Assembly: GCA_965219685.1 (NCBI GenBank) | Contig: CBDCOH010000002.1 | Coordinates: forward strand, 1,056,001-1,120,000 | Length of the DNA stretch: 64,000 nucleotides | DNA from: Candidatus Spongiisociaceae bacterium | GTDB lineage: Bacteria > Actinomycetota > Acidimicrobiia > Spongiisociales > Spongiisociaceae | Direction: 5' to 3' | Shown here: positions 1 to 10,660 of the stretch, one piece after another | Layout: each line of letters starts with the position of its first letter | Numbering within the stretch: the first letter of the stretch is position 1 | Program-made: the position numbers and the translations under genes | The notes under the pieces: model-generated | Seen by the model: only the letters and a program-made list of their open reading frames with translations | Told to the model about the DNA's origin: nothing | The model's database searches: none

Positions 1-844
1 GCCCCGAACAGGTCTGGCAGGCACCGTAAGGGCTGTTGAATGAAAAGGAGCGCGGCTCTAGTTCATCGAACGACAGGCCGCAGTCGGTACAGGCCAGGTG
101 CTGGCTGAAGGTCAGTTCGTCACCGCCGATGATGTCCACCACCGCGATGCCCCCGGTGAGGTTCAGGGCGGTCTCCAGCGACTCGGTGAGCCTGCGCAGT
201 CCTCCCCGTCCAGCGATCAACCGGTCCACTACCACCTCGATCGTGTGGGTGTAGTAGCGGTCGAGCCTGATCCGCTCCCCCAGGTACATGATCTCCCCGT
301 CCACCCGTGCCCGGCTGAAACCCTGCCGAGACAGGTCTTTGAACAGTTCCTCGTACTCCCCCTTCCGTCCCCTGACGATGGGAGCGAGAACCTGGAATCG
401 GGTTCCCTCTTCGAGGTCCGAGATCTGGTCGACGATCTGCTGGGGGGTCTGGCGCGCCACCATGCGTCCGCACTCCGGGCAGTGGGGCCGGCCGATCCGC
501 GCATACAGCAGGCGGAGGTAGTCGTGTATCTCGGTGATGGTGCCGACTGTCGATCTCGGATTGCGGCTGGCGGTCTTCTGGTCGATCGAGATGGCGGGCG
601 AGAGGCCTTCTATGAAGTCCACATCGGGCTTGTCCATCTGGCCTAGGAATTGGCGTGCGTATGCCGACAGGCTCTCGACGTAGCGCCGCTGTCCCTCGGC
701 GTAGATCGTGTCGAACGCCAGGCTGGACTTGCCCGAGCCCGACAGCCCCGTGAACACGATCAACTGATCGCGGGGCAACTCGATCGAGATGTCCTGGAGG
801 TTGTGCTCGCGCGCTCCGCGAACGATCAGCTTGTCTCTCGTCAT
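1..844 (-). CDS. uvrA: Excinuclease ABC subunit A, 5' part (runs off the window's left edge)
   Basis: Not in the ORF track. Manual translation from ATG 844 gives [90 protein letters not shown], the canonical UvrA N-terminus. An in-frame alternative ATG lies at 889. Confidence 0.97.
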   Translation of the reverse strand, partial: MTRDKLIVRGAREHNLQDISIELPRDQLIVFTGLSGSGKSSLAFDTIYAEGQRRYVESLSAYARQFLGQMDKPDVDFIEGLSPAISIDQKTASRNPRSTVGTITEIHDYLRLLYARIGRPHCPECGRMVARQTPQQIVDQISDLEEGTRFQVLAPIVRGRKGEYEELFKDLSRQGFSRARVDGEIMYLGERIRLDRYYTHTIEVVVDRLIAGRGGLRRLTESLETALNLTGGIAVVDIIGGDELTFSQHLACTDCGLSFDELEPRSFSFNSPYGACQTCSG

Positions 845-903
845 CGTGCCCGGGTGGTTTGCTGGGGGAAGCGGTGGTGGCGACGCCATGGTAGTGGCTG
901 GTG

Positions 904-1043
904 GAATGGTGAATGGTGAATGGTGAATGGTGAATGGTGAATGGTGAATGGTGAATGGTGAATGGTGAATGGTGAATGGTGAATGGTGAATGGTGAATGG
1001 TGAATGGTGAATGGTGAATGGTGAATGGTGAATGGTGAATGGT
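904..1043. repeat. Perfect heptamer tandem array (GAATGGT)20
   Basis: Counted directly: 140 bp in the divergent intergenic region between uvrA and the large helicase gene. Confidence 0.98.
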
Positions 1044-1114
1044 ACCAACTCTTGACGGTACTCGACTACCGAGCTAGGACCCGGCTGCGACGAGCCAGGT
1101 GGTCGCCGTTCACC

Positions 1115-1158
1115 GGCAACTGGCAACTGGCTGGCTGACCGCTGCTCACTGGAACACT
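1115..1158 (+). repeat. Degenerate heptamer-like run GGCAACT-GGCAACT-GGCTGGCT-GACCGCT-GCTCACT
   Basis: Seen directly, abutting the TAGAAT hexamer (1159-1164) upstream of the 1174 start. Confidence 0.55.
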
Positions 1159-1173
1159 TAGAATCGCCGGTCT

Positions 1174-4100
1174 GTGAACGGTTCGGATCAGTATGTGGTC
1201 TTCGACTTGGAGACGAACGCGGACCGGCCCGAGGCGGCCGAGCACGAAATCATCCAGATCGGCGCGGTTGCGGCGTCGGCAGCCGGTGAGTTGGATTCGT
1301 TCGAGAGTTTGGTCCGGTCGCAGCGGAGGCTGCCGCCGAGAATCACCGAGCTGACCGGATTGGAGTACGGGGACCTTGCCGGTGCACCCTCCCTCGAGCA
1401 GGTACTGAGCAGCTTCTTCGGCTGGGTGGGTGATCGGCCGTTGATCGCTCACAACGGTTTCGGCTACGACTTCGAGGTCCTCGACGCGGCCGCGGCTCGG
1501 ATCGGGCTCGCTCCACCGGCCGGGCCTCGTCTCGACACCCTGGAGTTGGCGCACCTCGTGTTTCCCAGGGCCGGATCGGCGATCCCGGGCGTGGACGGCA
1601 GCACCCCGCCGGCGGGTAGGAGCCTCGATCAGCTGGCTCACCTGTACGGGGTTGCGGGCCGGGACCGCCATGACGCATTGAACGACTCGCGGATGACCCG
1701 GTCGGTCATGGTCGGACTGCTGGAGGACATGGACCGGGCCACGCCGGCGCGGCGCCTGCAGCGATGGATCCTCCGAGTGGCGGGTCATCCGTGGTCCCGG
1801 TTCCTGGCTCCGGAAGCGGAGCCGCCCTCTCTCGCAGAGGTGGTTCCCCCAGCGGCCGCGGGCGCCCGCTCGCCGCCCACGGGGCGTTTCGACATCGGGA
1901 CGGTGGTCCGGTCCTTTCAAGCGGGTGGCCGCCTGATGACCGGCGCCAGGACGCCTCGCCCCCAGCAGGCCGAGATGGCCGGACTGGTGGCAAGAGCCTT
2001 GTCGAGTTCCGGCTCGCGCTGGATGATCGAGGCGCCGACCGGTACCGGCAAGACTCTCGCCTACCTGGTCCCCGCGATCGAGATGGCAAGAGCGTCCGGC
2101 CGTACGTCGGTTATCACCCCGCACTCCCGGGTGCTGCAGGACCAGATCCTGGCAACCTTGGAGGAACTGAAGGAGGAGATCGGTCCGTTCTCGACGGTGG
2201 TGCTGAAGGGACGGCAGAACTACGTCAGTCTCAAGGCGCTCGATGCCGAACTCGCCGGCCTGGAAGGTGAGTCGCGGCGGAATCCCGCCCTGAGCCCCGT
2301 TGCGCTATCCCTGGCCATGATTAGCGGTTGGGTGTCGGAAACCCCGACCGGTGATTGGGCCGACCTGCGAACGGCAGCGGTTGCTGCCCGGTTGCGTCCC
2401 CTGCGGTTCTTCCGGTGGAAGCTCCGGGTCAACACCCGCCCGGGCCTGATTCTGACCCCCCTCGACGCACTCGACTTCCATCGCCGGGCTTTGCAGGCCG
2501 TCAAGACGGCCCACGTGGCGGTCCTGAACCATGCGCTGCTGGCCACGGGTCCGGAATTGGAGGAGAACCGCTTCAACCTCGTGATTGACGAGGCCCACGG
2601 CCTCGAGGACTCGGCCACCGCGGCGGCCACGCTGGAGGTGAGTAGAGAACAACTCGAGCAGTTGTGCGACGCCTTATGGGACGGCCGGGTCCGGCGCGGT
2701 CTCGCGGTGAGGCTGGCGACCGCCACCGGAGCGGGACTCAGGGACCCGAGGATCGACAGGATCCGGACCGCGACGGCCGCAGCCCGGGTTGCCGTCGAGC
2801 GCTTCTCGAACCCCCTCACCGACTACCTGCGTGACCGGACCGGGGTGTCACGGGAACAGGCGGTCCGTTACGGCGCCGCGTACCGCATCCGCCGGGGAGT
2901 GGACACCCGCCACCCCGCATACCGGGAGGTCCTCAGGACGGGTGGCGCCCTGAGGAACGCGTTGCGCCAGGTGGTCGGAGCCCTCGATGGGATCACGGTG
3001 CCGGAGAAGCCGGCCGGCCGCTACCGCCGCGACGCGTTGGAGGACGAGATATACCGTCTCGTCCGCGAAGTCCGGGATGCGGACCGCCTCGTCGACTCGG
3101 TTCTGCGGGCTGCCGGCCAGCTGCGTCTCTTCGACGACCACCTGGCCGAGCATGAGTTGGTCGAGTGGATCAACGTAGCCGAGGTCTCCTTCGAGGCCAC
3201 CGAGGGCGGAGTTCCTGAGGAGGATCTCGATAGCGCTGCGGCGAAGATCCCGCCGGGACGATGGCGGTGGGCGCTGCGGCGCGCTCCCCTCTCGGTGGCG
3301 GGGCTGCTGGCTGATCTTTGGGATCGGGCTCACGCGGTGTTGCTGACCTCCGCCACCCTGCGTTCCGGTGACGACTTCGGCTACCTGGTCGGTCGGCTCG
3401 GACTCGGCAGTGCGGAGTCCAGGGTGATCGGCACACCCTTCGAGAGGCTCTCCGAGCAGCACCTGCTTCTGCTGACCGATTACCTGCCGGCTCCCCGCGG
3501 TGGGCTGATGGACCGCTTCACGGAGATTGAAGCCACGGAGATCCCTCGACTCTTCGTTGCAGCAGATGGCGGGGGGATGGCTCTGATGACGGCGCGCAAC
3601 CGGCTCGACTACGTTCGGGACCACTCCCGTCCCCACCTGGCCCCGCTGGGAATCGAGTTGCTGGCGCAGGGAGACGCATCGTCGCCGGTTCTGGTCGAGC
3701 GGATGCGAGACAACCAGCCGGCATGCCTCCTGGGACTCAGATCCTTCTGGGAGGGCGTTGACATTCCGGGGAACGCCCTCAGGCTGCTGCTGATCGAGAA
3801 GGTGCCGTTCGACTCGATCGGCGATCCTGTCGTGAGCGCCCGGACGGAGTTTCTCGAGCTGGCGGGGCGGGATCCCTTCGCCGAATACATGGTGCCGAGG
3901 GCGGCCATCGCCTTCGCACAGGGTGTGGGACGGCTAATCCGTAGGGAGGACGATCGGGGAGCGACCGTTGTGCTCGACAACCGGCTGCGCCGCCCGGTTC
4001 CCTACCGCGACGTTCTGCTCCGCAGCCTCTCCGGGCCACCTGCCCGGAGGGACATCGATACTCCCGGCGAGGCGTACGCGGCGATTACTGACCATCTGGA

Positions 4101-6294
4101 CATCGCCCTCGACTCGGATCGGTGGGAACGGATCGGGCGGATCCCGGGTGTCGAGACGCTGTCCCGTGCTGCACTCGAGGTGGATGGGGACGACCTTTCC
4201 GACGGGGAAGCCATCGACCGGGTCTTGGAGACAGCCCGGGAGTGGCTGGGATTCGACAGGTGGCGCCCCGGCCAGCGGAGGATCATGATCCGTTTCATGC
4301 GCGGCGAGGACACGGTGGCTGTTCTCCCGACCGGCTCCGGGAAGTCCGTGACCTACCAGATACCCGCCCTGGTGTCGCCGGGCGTGACGTTGGTGGTGTC
4401 GCCGCTCATCGCGCTGATGCGGGACCAGGTCGACAACCTGCGCGCCCGTGGGGTCACCGAAGCCGCCGCCATATATGCGGGGGTAGGTCAGGCGGAGCAG
4501 GAGGCGATCCTGCGGGCGGCGGCGGCCGGACACATCAAGCTGCTGTACGTGAGTCCGGAGCGGCTCTGGTCTCCGGTGTTCCGGTCGTGGCTGGCGGGTG
4601 TCGACGTGGCCCGCGTGGCGGTGGACGAGGCCCACTGCATATCGATGTGGGGTCACTCCTTCCGGCCGGAGTACGCGATGATCCCGAGGGCCATCGCCGA
4701 AGTGACCGGCGGCCGCTTGCCCGTTCTCGCCGTGACCGCGACCGCTACCTCCGAGGTGCTGGAGGACATCCGTGAGTTGCTGGGAGTGTCGGCGGAGCCG
4801 CTGGTCGGTTCGGTCAACCGACCGGAAATCCGCTACTACGTGGAGCGGTGTAGCAACAGGCGGGACCGGGAGCTCCGGGTGGCGCAGGTGGTGGAGGCCT
4901 TTCGCCGGAAGAGCGCCATCGTCTACGTCCCGAGGGTCAGGGACACCACCCTCCTGTCGGGCTTGTTGAGGACCTTCGGTCATCGGGTCCGGCCATACAA
5001 CGGCGAGATGGAGTACCCGGAGCGCCAGCACACCGAGGACGCCTTCCGCCACGGAGAGATCGACGTGGTGGTGGCCACCAAGGCATTCGGCCTCGGCATA
5101 GACAAGCCTGACATCGCCCTCATCGTGCATCTGGAGATGCCTGCCTCGATCGAGGAGTACGTCCAGGAGACGGGACGGGTGGCTCGTGGCGCAGCCGATG
5201 GCAGCGGGCCCGAGACCGGAGCGGCCGTGCTGCTGGTGACCCCGAGGGATTGCGGCATCCACGACTTCTTCGTGAAGTCGTCGGTTCCCAGACTCGACGA
5301 CATCCGGCGCGAATGGAACAGGCTCGACGTCGGGATGAACTACATCGATCCCGGGAGCGAGGCATCCCCGGCCGGGGACGCGGGCGGCGACCGGGATCAG
5401 GCCAGGGCGCTGGCCCTCCACTACCTTGACCAGGTGGGAGCGCTGCGGCGGCATCGCGACTTCGTCCTCCGCGGGCGGATATCCGTCCTGGAGGATACGG
5501 AGGGACGGATGAGCGATCTCCGGCTCCGGCGGCCGGATCTGGCGCGCCGAGCCGAGTCGATCGTCGGCGATAAGGTGGCGGGTTCCCGCGACTACCACGG
5601 CCTCCGGGCGAGCGAGAGGCTCGACATGGACCCTCCCGAGATCGAAGCTGTCCTGTTCGAACTCCAGAAGAGAAGTGTCTGCGGTTTCACCGGCTGGAGG
5701 TACGGGTGGAGTTTCGAGCGTCGGGCCGGAATCGAACCCGACTGGCACCTTCTGCGGAGCCTGATCCGCCAGCGGCGCGAGACGATGGAGGAGAGGGCTC
5801 GCCGCGCACGCCGGCTGGCACATGGTTTCCGGGGGTGCCGCCGCCGCGAGATGTTGCGTTACCTGGGCGAGCCTGATCCGGCCTTCGGGGTGTGTGGCGG
5901 GTGCGATGCCTGCACGCCTGACCTGCCCCGCCCCTGGGAGCGGATCGATATCCGGGCCTCCGACGTGCGGGACGCGATCCAGGAGACCGCGCTGGTCACG
6001 ATCCTGCTGCTAGTCGACGATGTGGAGCGGGGCCGGTTCTCCCGGTCGAATCTGGTCCGGGCGTTGCGGGGCGATGGCGGAGGGCCTCACCCGCTCCCCC
6101 GCCAACTCCTGCTGCACGGTTGCTTCGATCGCCTGGGGATGCTTGAACGGCAACAGGTGGATGAGTTGGTGGACGACGCGATCCGCGACTGCCGCATCGA
6201 AGAGGTCGAGGTGGCATACGACGGTCGCGTCTACACGAGCCTGTGCTTGACCGCCGACGGCCGGGAGCTCCTCAGGGGCCGCTACGCGGGTTAG
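1174..6294 (+). CDS. Multidomain protein: DEDDh 3'-5' exonuclease + DinG/YoaA-type SF2 helicase + RecQ-type SF2 helicase with Zn module and RQC-like C-terminus
   Basis: Exonuclease motifs [21 protein letters not shown]. DinG motifs [48 protein letters not shown]. RecQ motifs [63 protein letters not shown]...CGGCDAC. Confidence 0.92.
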   Translation: MNGSDQYVVFDLETNADRPEAAEHEIIQIGAVAASAAGELDSFESLVRSQRRLPPRITELTGLEYGDLAGAPSLEQVLSSFFGWVGDRPLIAHNGFGYDFEVLDAAAARIGLAPPAGPRLDTLELAHLVFPRAGSAIPGVDGSTPPAGRSLDQLAHLYGVAGRDRHDALNDSRMTRSVMVGLLEDMDRATPARRLQRWILRVAGHPWSRFLAPEAEPPSLAEVVPPAAAGARSPPTGRFDIGTVVRSFQAGGRLMTGARTPRPQQAEMAGLVARALSSSGSRWMIEAPTGTGKTLAYLVPAIEMARASGRTSVITPHSRVLQDQILATLEELKEEIGPFSTVVLKGRQNYVSLKALDAELAGLEGESRRNPALSPVALSLAMISGWVSETPTGDWADLRTAAVAARLRPLRFFRWKLRVNTRPGLILTPLDALDFHRRALQAVKTAHVAVLNHALLATGPELEENRFNLVIDEAHGLEDSATAAATLEVSREQLEQLCDALWDGRVRRGLAVRLATATGAGLRDPRIDRIRTATAAARVAVERFSNPLTDYLRDRTGVSREQAVRYGAAYRIRRGVDTRHPAYREVLRTGGALRNALRQVVGALDGITVPEKPAGRYRRDALEDEIYRLVREVRDADRLVDSVLRAAGQLRLFDDHLAEHELVEWINVAEVSFEATEGGVPEEDLDSAAAKIPPGRWRWALRRAPLSVAGLLADLWDRAHAVLLTSATLRSGDDFGYLVGRLGLGSAESRVIGTPFERLSEQHLLLLTDYLPAPRGGLMDRFTEIEATEIPRLFVAADGGGMALMTARNRLDYVRDHSRPHLAPLGIELLAQGDASSPVLVERMRDNQPACLLGLRSFWEGVDIPGNALRLLLIEKVPFDSIGDPVVSARTEFLELAGRDPFAEYMVPRAAIAFAQGVGRLIRREDDRGATVVLDNRLRRPVPYRDVLLRSLSGPPARRDIDTPGEAYAAITDHLDIALDSDRWERIGRIPGVETLSRAALEVDGDDLSDGEAIDRVLETAREWLGFDRWRPGQRRIMIRFMRGEDTVAVLPTGSGKSVTYQIPALVSPGVTLVVSPLIALMRDQVDNLRARGVTEAAAIYAGVGQAEQEAILRAAAAGHIKLLYVSPERLWSPVFRSWLAGVDVARVAVDEAHCISMWGHSFRPEYAMIPRAIAEVTGGRLPVLAVTATATSEVLEDIRELLGVSAEPLVGSVNRPEIRYYVERCSNRRDRELRVAQVVEAFRRKSAIVYVPRVRDTTLLSGLLRTFGHRVRPYNGEMEYPERQHTEDAFRHGEIDVVVATKAFGLGIDKPDIALIVHLEMPASIEEYVQETGRVARGAADGSGPETGAAVLLVTPRDCGIHDFFVKSSVPRLDDIRREWNRLDVGMNYIDPGSEASPAGDAGGDRDQARALALHYLDQVGALRRHRDFVLRGRISVLEDTEGRMSDLRLRRPDLARRAESIVGDKVAGSRDYHGLRASERLDMDPPEIEAVLFELQKRSVCGFTGWRYGWSFERRAGIEPDWHLLRSLIRQRRETMEERARRARRLAHGFRGCRRREMLRYLGEPDPAFGVCGGCDACTPDLPRPWERIDIRASDVRDAIQETALVTILLLVDDVERGRFSRSNLVRALRGDGGGPHPLPRQLLLHGCFDRLGMLERQQVDELVDDAIRDCRIEEVEVAYDGRVYTSLCLTADGRELLRGRYAG

Positions 6295-6387
6295 GAGGGG
6301 GCTGGTCTCGGTTGGAGGCCGTATAGGCTTCTAACCTGGCCTTTTGACTGCGGAGAGAGGGTGTCTGTTAGGTAGTATGCCCCGCTG

Positions 6388-8202
6388 ATGGCGTTCCTGA
6401 TACCCGAGAACATACCGAGCCTGTCCACGGTGCCGGAGAGGCTTAGTCAGGTGGCGAGGGCGTTGAGGGATTTCACGCCCCACGACACGACTGTCTGGCT
6501 CAGGGACCAGGACGCGGGTGCCCCGTACCTGGAACTGCTCGATCCCGGGGCGGGGATCCTCGTAGTCCAGGCCCCGCGTATCAGGACCGTGACGCGCAGG
6601 CGCCGCCCCGGGTGGCGCACGTTCGACGAGGAGGAAGTCGTCCGGATACGGGACGACGTGGCTGAGCGTGCCGAGTACCTACGCAAGGGCGTCGACAGGG
6701 CTCTGGTCAGGTCACTGCCGGTGGAGCCGGTCCTGGCAGTCCCGGACCACGACGAGGTGACGGTTCCCGCCGTGGGTCCGAAGGATGCCAAGTTGCCCAT
6801 CCTGGCCCGTTCCGATCTGGCAGAGAGCAGTCTGCAGCCCGCGATCCGCCGGATTCTGGGGGCCACGGACCGCCCGGGGCTGAGTGCGCAGGAGGAGAGC
6901 CGGGCCCGGGCGGTGATGAACCCGGAGGTGGTCATCTCCCCGGTCGTCGTCGGATCCGGAGCCGAGGGGTTCGAGACCTTGCCTCTCTTCCAGGATCCCG
7001 ACATCGCGCCCGAGGATCTGATCCGGGTGATGGATCGCCAGCAGGAGCGGGTCTCGGAGCACCTCGGTTGGGGATACCGGATCCTGCGAGGAGTGGCGGG
7101 AAGCGGCAAGACGCTGGTGCTCACCCACCGGGTACGCCACCTGCACCGGTTCTTTCCCAACTACCGGATCCTGCTGCTCTGCTACAACCGCCTGCTCGCC
7201 AATGCGCTGCAGTTGATGGTTGATCCGAGCGAGCGAATAACGGTCACCAACATCGACCGGCTCGCCTACGATCTGGCCGGAACCGGGCGGCGCCCGTCCG
7301 ACTTCGGGGAGTTGCGGAGGTTGGCAGCGGAGAAGGCGGCCCGGCTCCCGGAGTCCCGGCGGTACGACGTGGTGCTGGTCGACGAGGCGCAGGATTTCGA
7401 TCACCCCGGCTTGGACCTTGCGTACTCGATGCTGAAACCGTCGCGCCGCGATCTGCGGGCCTCCGGACAGGGGATACGGTCCTACCGCGCCGGCCACTTC
7501 GTCATGGCGCTGGACAGTGCCCAGAACGTGTACCGGAGGAGCATGACGTGGAACCCTCCGGGGGTGACCGGCAGGGGACGCACCACGGTTTTCCGGCGCA
7601 ACTACCGCAACACGCGGGAGATACTGTCGTTGGCGTGGAGACTCCTCGAGGGAGCGCCAGCATGGTCGTCGGAGTCCCGCGCCTCGGAAGACGTGCGCGG
7701 GAGGATCTCGCCGGAGGCCGCCCCGCGGAGCGGCCCGATGCCCAAGTTGCTCGACTGTCCGCACCTACGGGGCGAGGCCGGAGCAATCGCGGACGAGGTC
7801 GAGCGCCTCCTCGACGACGGAGTGGACGTTGGGGAGATCGCCGTCATGTACGGCCATCACGATCTCGAGAACCGGCTGGAGCAGGAGTTCAGGCGGCGGC
7901 ACCTTCCCTACTTCCACGTCCAGGAGAGGGACAAGAGAGGTTACAAACCCAACCGCGACAAGGCTGTCAGCGTACGGGACAAGGTTCGGGTGTCCACCCT
8001 CCAGGGTCTCAAGGGTCTCGAGTTCAGCCGGGTCCTGATCGGAGGCGTCAACCAGGTCTACGTTCGTGACGTTCCCGAAGATGAGCAGGAGACCGCGGTC
8101 AAGCGATTGCTCTACGTGGCTATGACCAGGGCGATGGACGAACTCGTGATCACTGTCTCGGGTGACGGCGCGATGGGAAGCGCTCTGCGAGGAGTGCGCT
8201 GA
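6388..8202 (+). CDS. NERD-like (degenerate) N-terminal domain + UvrD/Rep-like SF1 helicase
   Basis: MDRQQE...GVAGSGKT Walker A, VDEAQDF Walker B, DSAQNVY, RNYRNT, KGLEF, LYVAMTRA. The N-terminal LLDPGAGILVVQ segment resembles the NERD core. Confidence 0.88.
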   Translation: MAFLIPENIPSLSTVPERLSQVARALRDFTPHDTTVWLRDQDAGAPYLELLDPGAGILVVQAPRIRTVTRRRRPGWRTFDEEEVVRIRDDVAERAEYLRKGVDRALVRSLPVEPVLAVPDHDEVTVPAVGPKDAKLPILARSDLAESSLQPAIRRILGATDRPGLSAQEESRARAVMNPEVVISPVVVGSGAEGFETLPLFQDPDIAPEDLIRVMDRQQERVSEHLGWGYRILRGVAGSGKTLVLTHRVRHLHRFFPNYRILLLCYNRLLANALQLMVDPSERITVTNIDRLAYDLAGTGRRPSDFGELRRLAAEKAARLPESRRYDVVLVDEAQDFDHPGLDLAYSMLKPSRRDLRASGQGIRSYRAGHFVMALDSAQNVYRRSMTWNPPGVTGRGRTTVFRRNYRNTREILSLAWRLLEGAPAWSSESRASEDVRGRISPEAAPRSGPMPKLLDCPHLRGEAGAIADEVERLLDDGVDVGEIAVMYGHHDLENRLEQEFRRRHLPYFHVQERDKRGYKPNRDKAVSVRDKVRVSTLQGLKGLEFSRVLIGGVNQVYVRDVPEDEQETAVKRLLYVAMTRAMDELVITVSGDGAMGSALRGVR

Positions 8203-8242
8203 GCATTCGGGTTACTCCGGTCGCCGGGAGAAGGCAGGTCTC

Positions 8243-9010
8243 TCAGCTGGGCTCGAAGATGGTGAAGGTTCCCTTCTGGTCGTCGTTCACCACCGCGAAG
8301 CGGCCGACCATGATGTCGGTCACCGGGACGCAGACATCGCCACCCAGGCTCGTCACCTTGGCGGCGGTGGCGTCAGCGTCCTCCACCTGGATGTAGACCA
8401 TCCAGTGGGGCGGTATCTCTCCCCAGTTCTCGTCCATCTCCAGCATCCCGCACACCGGAAACTCGCCGATCGAGGCGAGGTGGTAGTCGCCGCCCTGAGG
8501 TATGGGCATGCTGCTCCAACTCCAGTTGAACAGGCTCGTGTAGAAGTTCTTGGATGTGGCGAGGTCACGGGTGTAGACCTCGTTCCAGGCCAGTGAACCA
8601 GGACTGCGGATGATCTCCGCCCCTCCGAACTCGAGGGCCTGCCAGAGAAACACCGAAGCGCCGGCGGGATCCTGCATCAACGCAACTCGCCCGTTGCCCA
8701 CATCGGCGGGTCCCATCATGAACGTCGCCCCCAGGGAGCGCGCGTGTTCGGCCGTGGCGTCGAGGTCATCGACGGCGAGGTAGGAGAACCAGTGGGGTGG
8801 GACCCCCTCGGGCAGCATTCCCGGCATTGCCGGTCCGAGCGCCCCTACCGCATTGCCTTCCAGGTTGAACACTGTGTACAGCATGCCCGAATCGCCCATG
8901 GGGGTGTCCGTCCAATCCCAACCGAAGAGACTGCCATAGAAAGCCTTTCCCCGATCCGGATCGGGAAGGTAGATGTCCATCCAGCAGAAGGTGCCGTGCG
9001 GATGCTTCAC
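8243..9010 (-). CDS. VOC/glyoxalase family protein (two-domain, Rv0577-like)
   Basis: GTFCWMD..FYGSLFGW and GSLAWNE..FYTSLFNW repeats; PPHWxxY motifs. Confidence 0.9.
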   Translation of the reverse strand: MKHPHGTFCWMDIYLPDPDRGKAFYGSLFGWDWTDTPMGDSGMLYTVFNLEGNAVGALGPAMPGMLPEGVPPHWFSYLAVDDLDATAEHARSLGATFMMGPADVGNGRVALMQDPAGASVFLWQALEFGGAEIIRSPGSLAWNEVYTRDLATSKNFYTSLFNWSWSSMPIPQGGDYHLASIGEFPVCGMLEMDENWGEIPPHWMVYIQVEDADATAAKVTSLGGDVCVPVTDIMVGRFAVVNDDQKGTFTIFEPS

Positions 9011-9147
9011 GTTGACTCCTTGTCGGTAGAAGTTACGCGCGCGGCGACCGGGGTCGCTGCGGCTCGTTCATCCTAAGCGGATTCGTGGGTTAGGTTGCCG
9101 GCCGCTCGGAGCGTCGGGTGCCCGGCCGCGTCTACTCCGAACCACGC

Positions 9148-10551
9148 TCATAGGTTCAGCGTCGCATCCCAGGCAGCCTGTCGTTCGCGGAGTTCGGCGT
9201 ACCGTTCGACCGCGGATCGGTCAGGTTCCAGTGGATCGCTCGCAGGAGGGGTAGGGACCCTCACGCCCAGGCGCTCCAGCACGAATACCGCGGCGCCGCG
9301 CAGAGAGGCTTCCGGGTCCGTGGCGGCCCGGACGGGGCGGCCCAGGACGTTTGCCAACCGCTCCAGTTCGGAACGCGAGCGGCACCCTCCGCCCGACACC
9401 ACGATATCCACATTCCCGCGGCCGACTACCAGGTCGGCGATCTCGGCGATGCGGCAGTAAGTCGCCTCGGTGATCGCCTGGTAGATGTCGAGGGCGGTGG
9501 TGGACTGGCGAATCCCGGTGATTGCTCCCGTGACGGACCCTCTCCAGCGCGGTGCCCGTTCACCACTCCAGTAGGGCAGCACCGTGAGTCCGTGCTCGGG
9601 AAGCGGGCGCGCTGCCATGGCGGCATCCAGCGCGTCTCTGTCCGGTAGCTGCAACTCGCGCATGCACCATGCCCGGACGTTTCCTGCGTTGGACGTCGCC
9701 CCCCCGATGACGAACCGCTCAAGGTCGAGGCGATACGTGAACAGACCGAACGGAGGGTCCGGGCCGGCTCGATCCGACACCACACGGAAGGCAGCCGAAG
9801 TGCCGAGGTTGATGGTTGCCCGAGGGTGGTGGCCGGCACCGCTCCCCAGGTTCGAAGCTGCTCCGTCCCCGATGGCCGGGAACCACCCGGCCGATCCGAT
9901 CGGGCCCTCCGCGGGATGATCAGATACGCGAGGCAGTTGGTCCTGCAAGATCCCGCACCGATCGAGGAGCGATCCGTGCCAGGTCGGTCTCCCGGTCTCG
10001 AAGAGCCCTGTGCCCGAGGCCATGGACACGGAGCAGGCGTTTCCGGCCCCCAACTGCCACCAGAGCCACTCCGCGGCGCCCAACCAGTGTCTGCTGGAGG
10101 AGAACTCCCGTGGATGGGTTCGGGCCAGCCACCGTAGCTTGGCCGGCCAGTACGAAGGACGGAGCATGCACCCGGTCCTGGCATGGACCCGACGCTCGTC
10201 GATCTCGGTCCTGAGAGCGGCTGCGTCCGGGGTCGAGCGGGTATCGGCCCAGGTGAGGATCGGTGTGGATGCCCTTCCGTCGCGGTCCGCCCCGACCAGC
10301 GAATGCCACATGCAGGATGCTCCAACCGCCCGGATCCGCGATACGTCCACCCGGCGCGTGCAGCGTTCGATGATCAGACCGACCGACTCGAGTAGTGCCT
10401 CGGGATCCAGGATCGCCCCGCCGTCTGACCCGGTGGCCAGACCGGTCGGAACGGAAGCCACGGACCAGTGCAGTGGGTTGGCGGCTTCGTCGAACAGAGC
10501 GGATCTAAGCCGCGAGGTTCCTATGTCCAGGGCGAGAATCAGATCACCCAT
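9148..10551 (-). CDS. FGGY-family carbohydrate kinase (gluconokinase-like)
   Basis: LALDIGTS, WHSL, TWADTRS, ASGTGL, GDGAASNLGSG, GERAP, EASLRGAA. Confidence 0.9.
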   Translation of the reverse strand: MGDLILALDIGTSRLRSALFDEAANPLHWSVASVPTGLATGSDGGAILDPEALLESVGLIIERCTRRVDVSRIRAVGASCMWHSLVGADRDGRASTPILTWADTRSTPDAAALRTEIDERRVHARTGCMLRPSYWPAKLRWLARTHPREFSSSRHWLGAAEWLWWQLGAGNACSVSMASGTGLFETGRPTWHGSLLDRCGILQDQLPRVSDHPAEGPIGSAGWFPAIGDGAASNLGSGAGHHPRATINLGTSAAFRVVSDRAGPDPPFGLFTYRLDLERFVIGGATSNAGNVRAWCMRELQLPDRDALDAAMAARPLPEHGLTVLPYWSGERAPRWRGSVTGAITGIRQSTTALDIYQAITEATYCRIAEIADLVVGRGNVDIVVSGGGCRSRSELERLANVLGRPVRAATDPEASLRGAAVFVLERLGVRVPTPPASDPLEPDRSAVERYAELRERQAAWDATLNL

Positions 10552-10660
10552 CCGAGGCCCTCGTCATCGTTCAGGCTCGCCGATGGCGACGACGGAGCCA
10601 GAGTCCGGTTTCGTTGGCCGGCTGGACGCGACCGACACCGCGGCTCCCTGTCAGACGGAG

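Noticed and set aside
904-1043. Arrays as CRISPR or telomere-like repeats
   Set aside because: No spacers, 7-nt unit, no cas genes, and the positions are internal and intergenic.
1175-1185. GAACGGTTCG as a LexA box at the helicase start
   Set aside because: The GAAC and GTTC half-sites are separated by 1 nt rather than 4.
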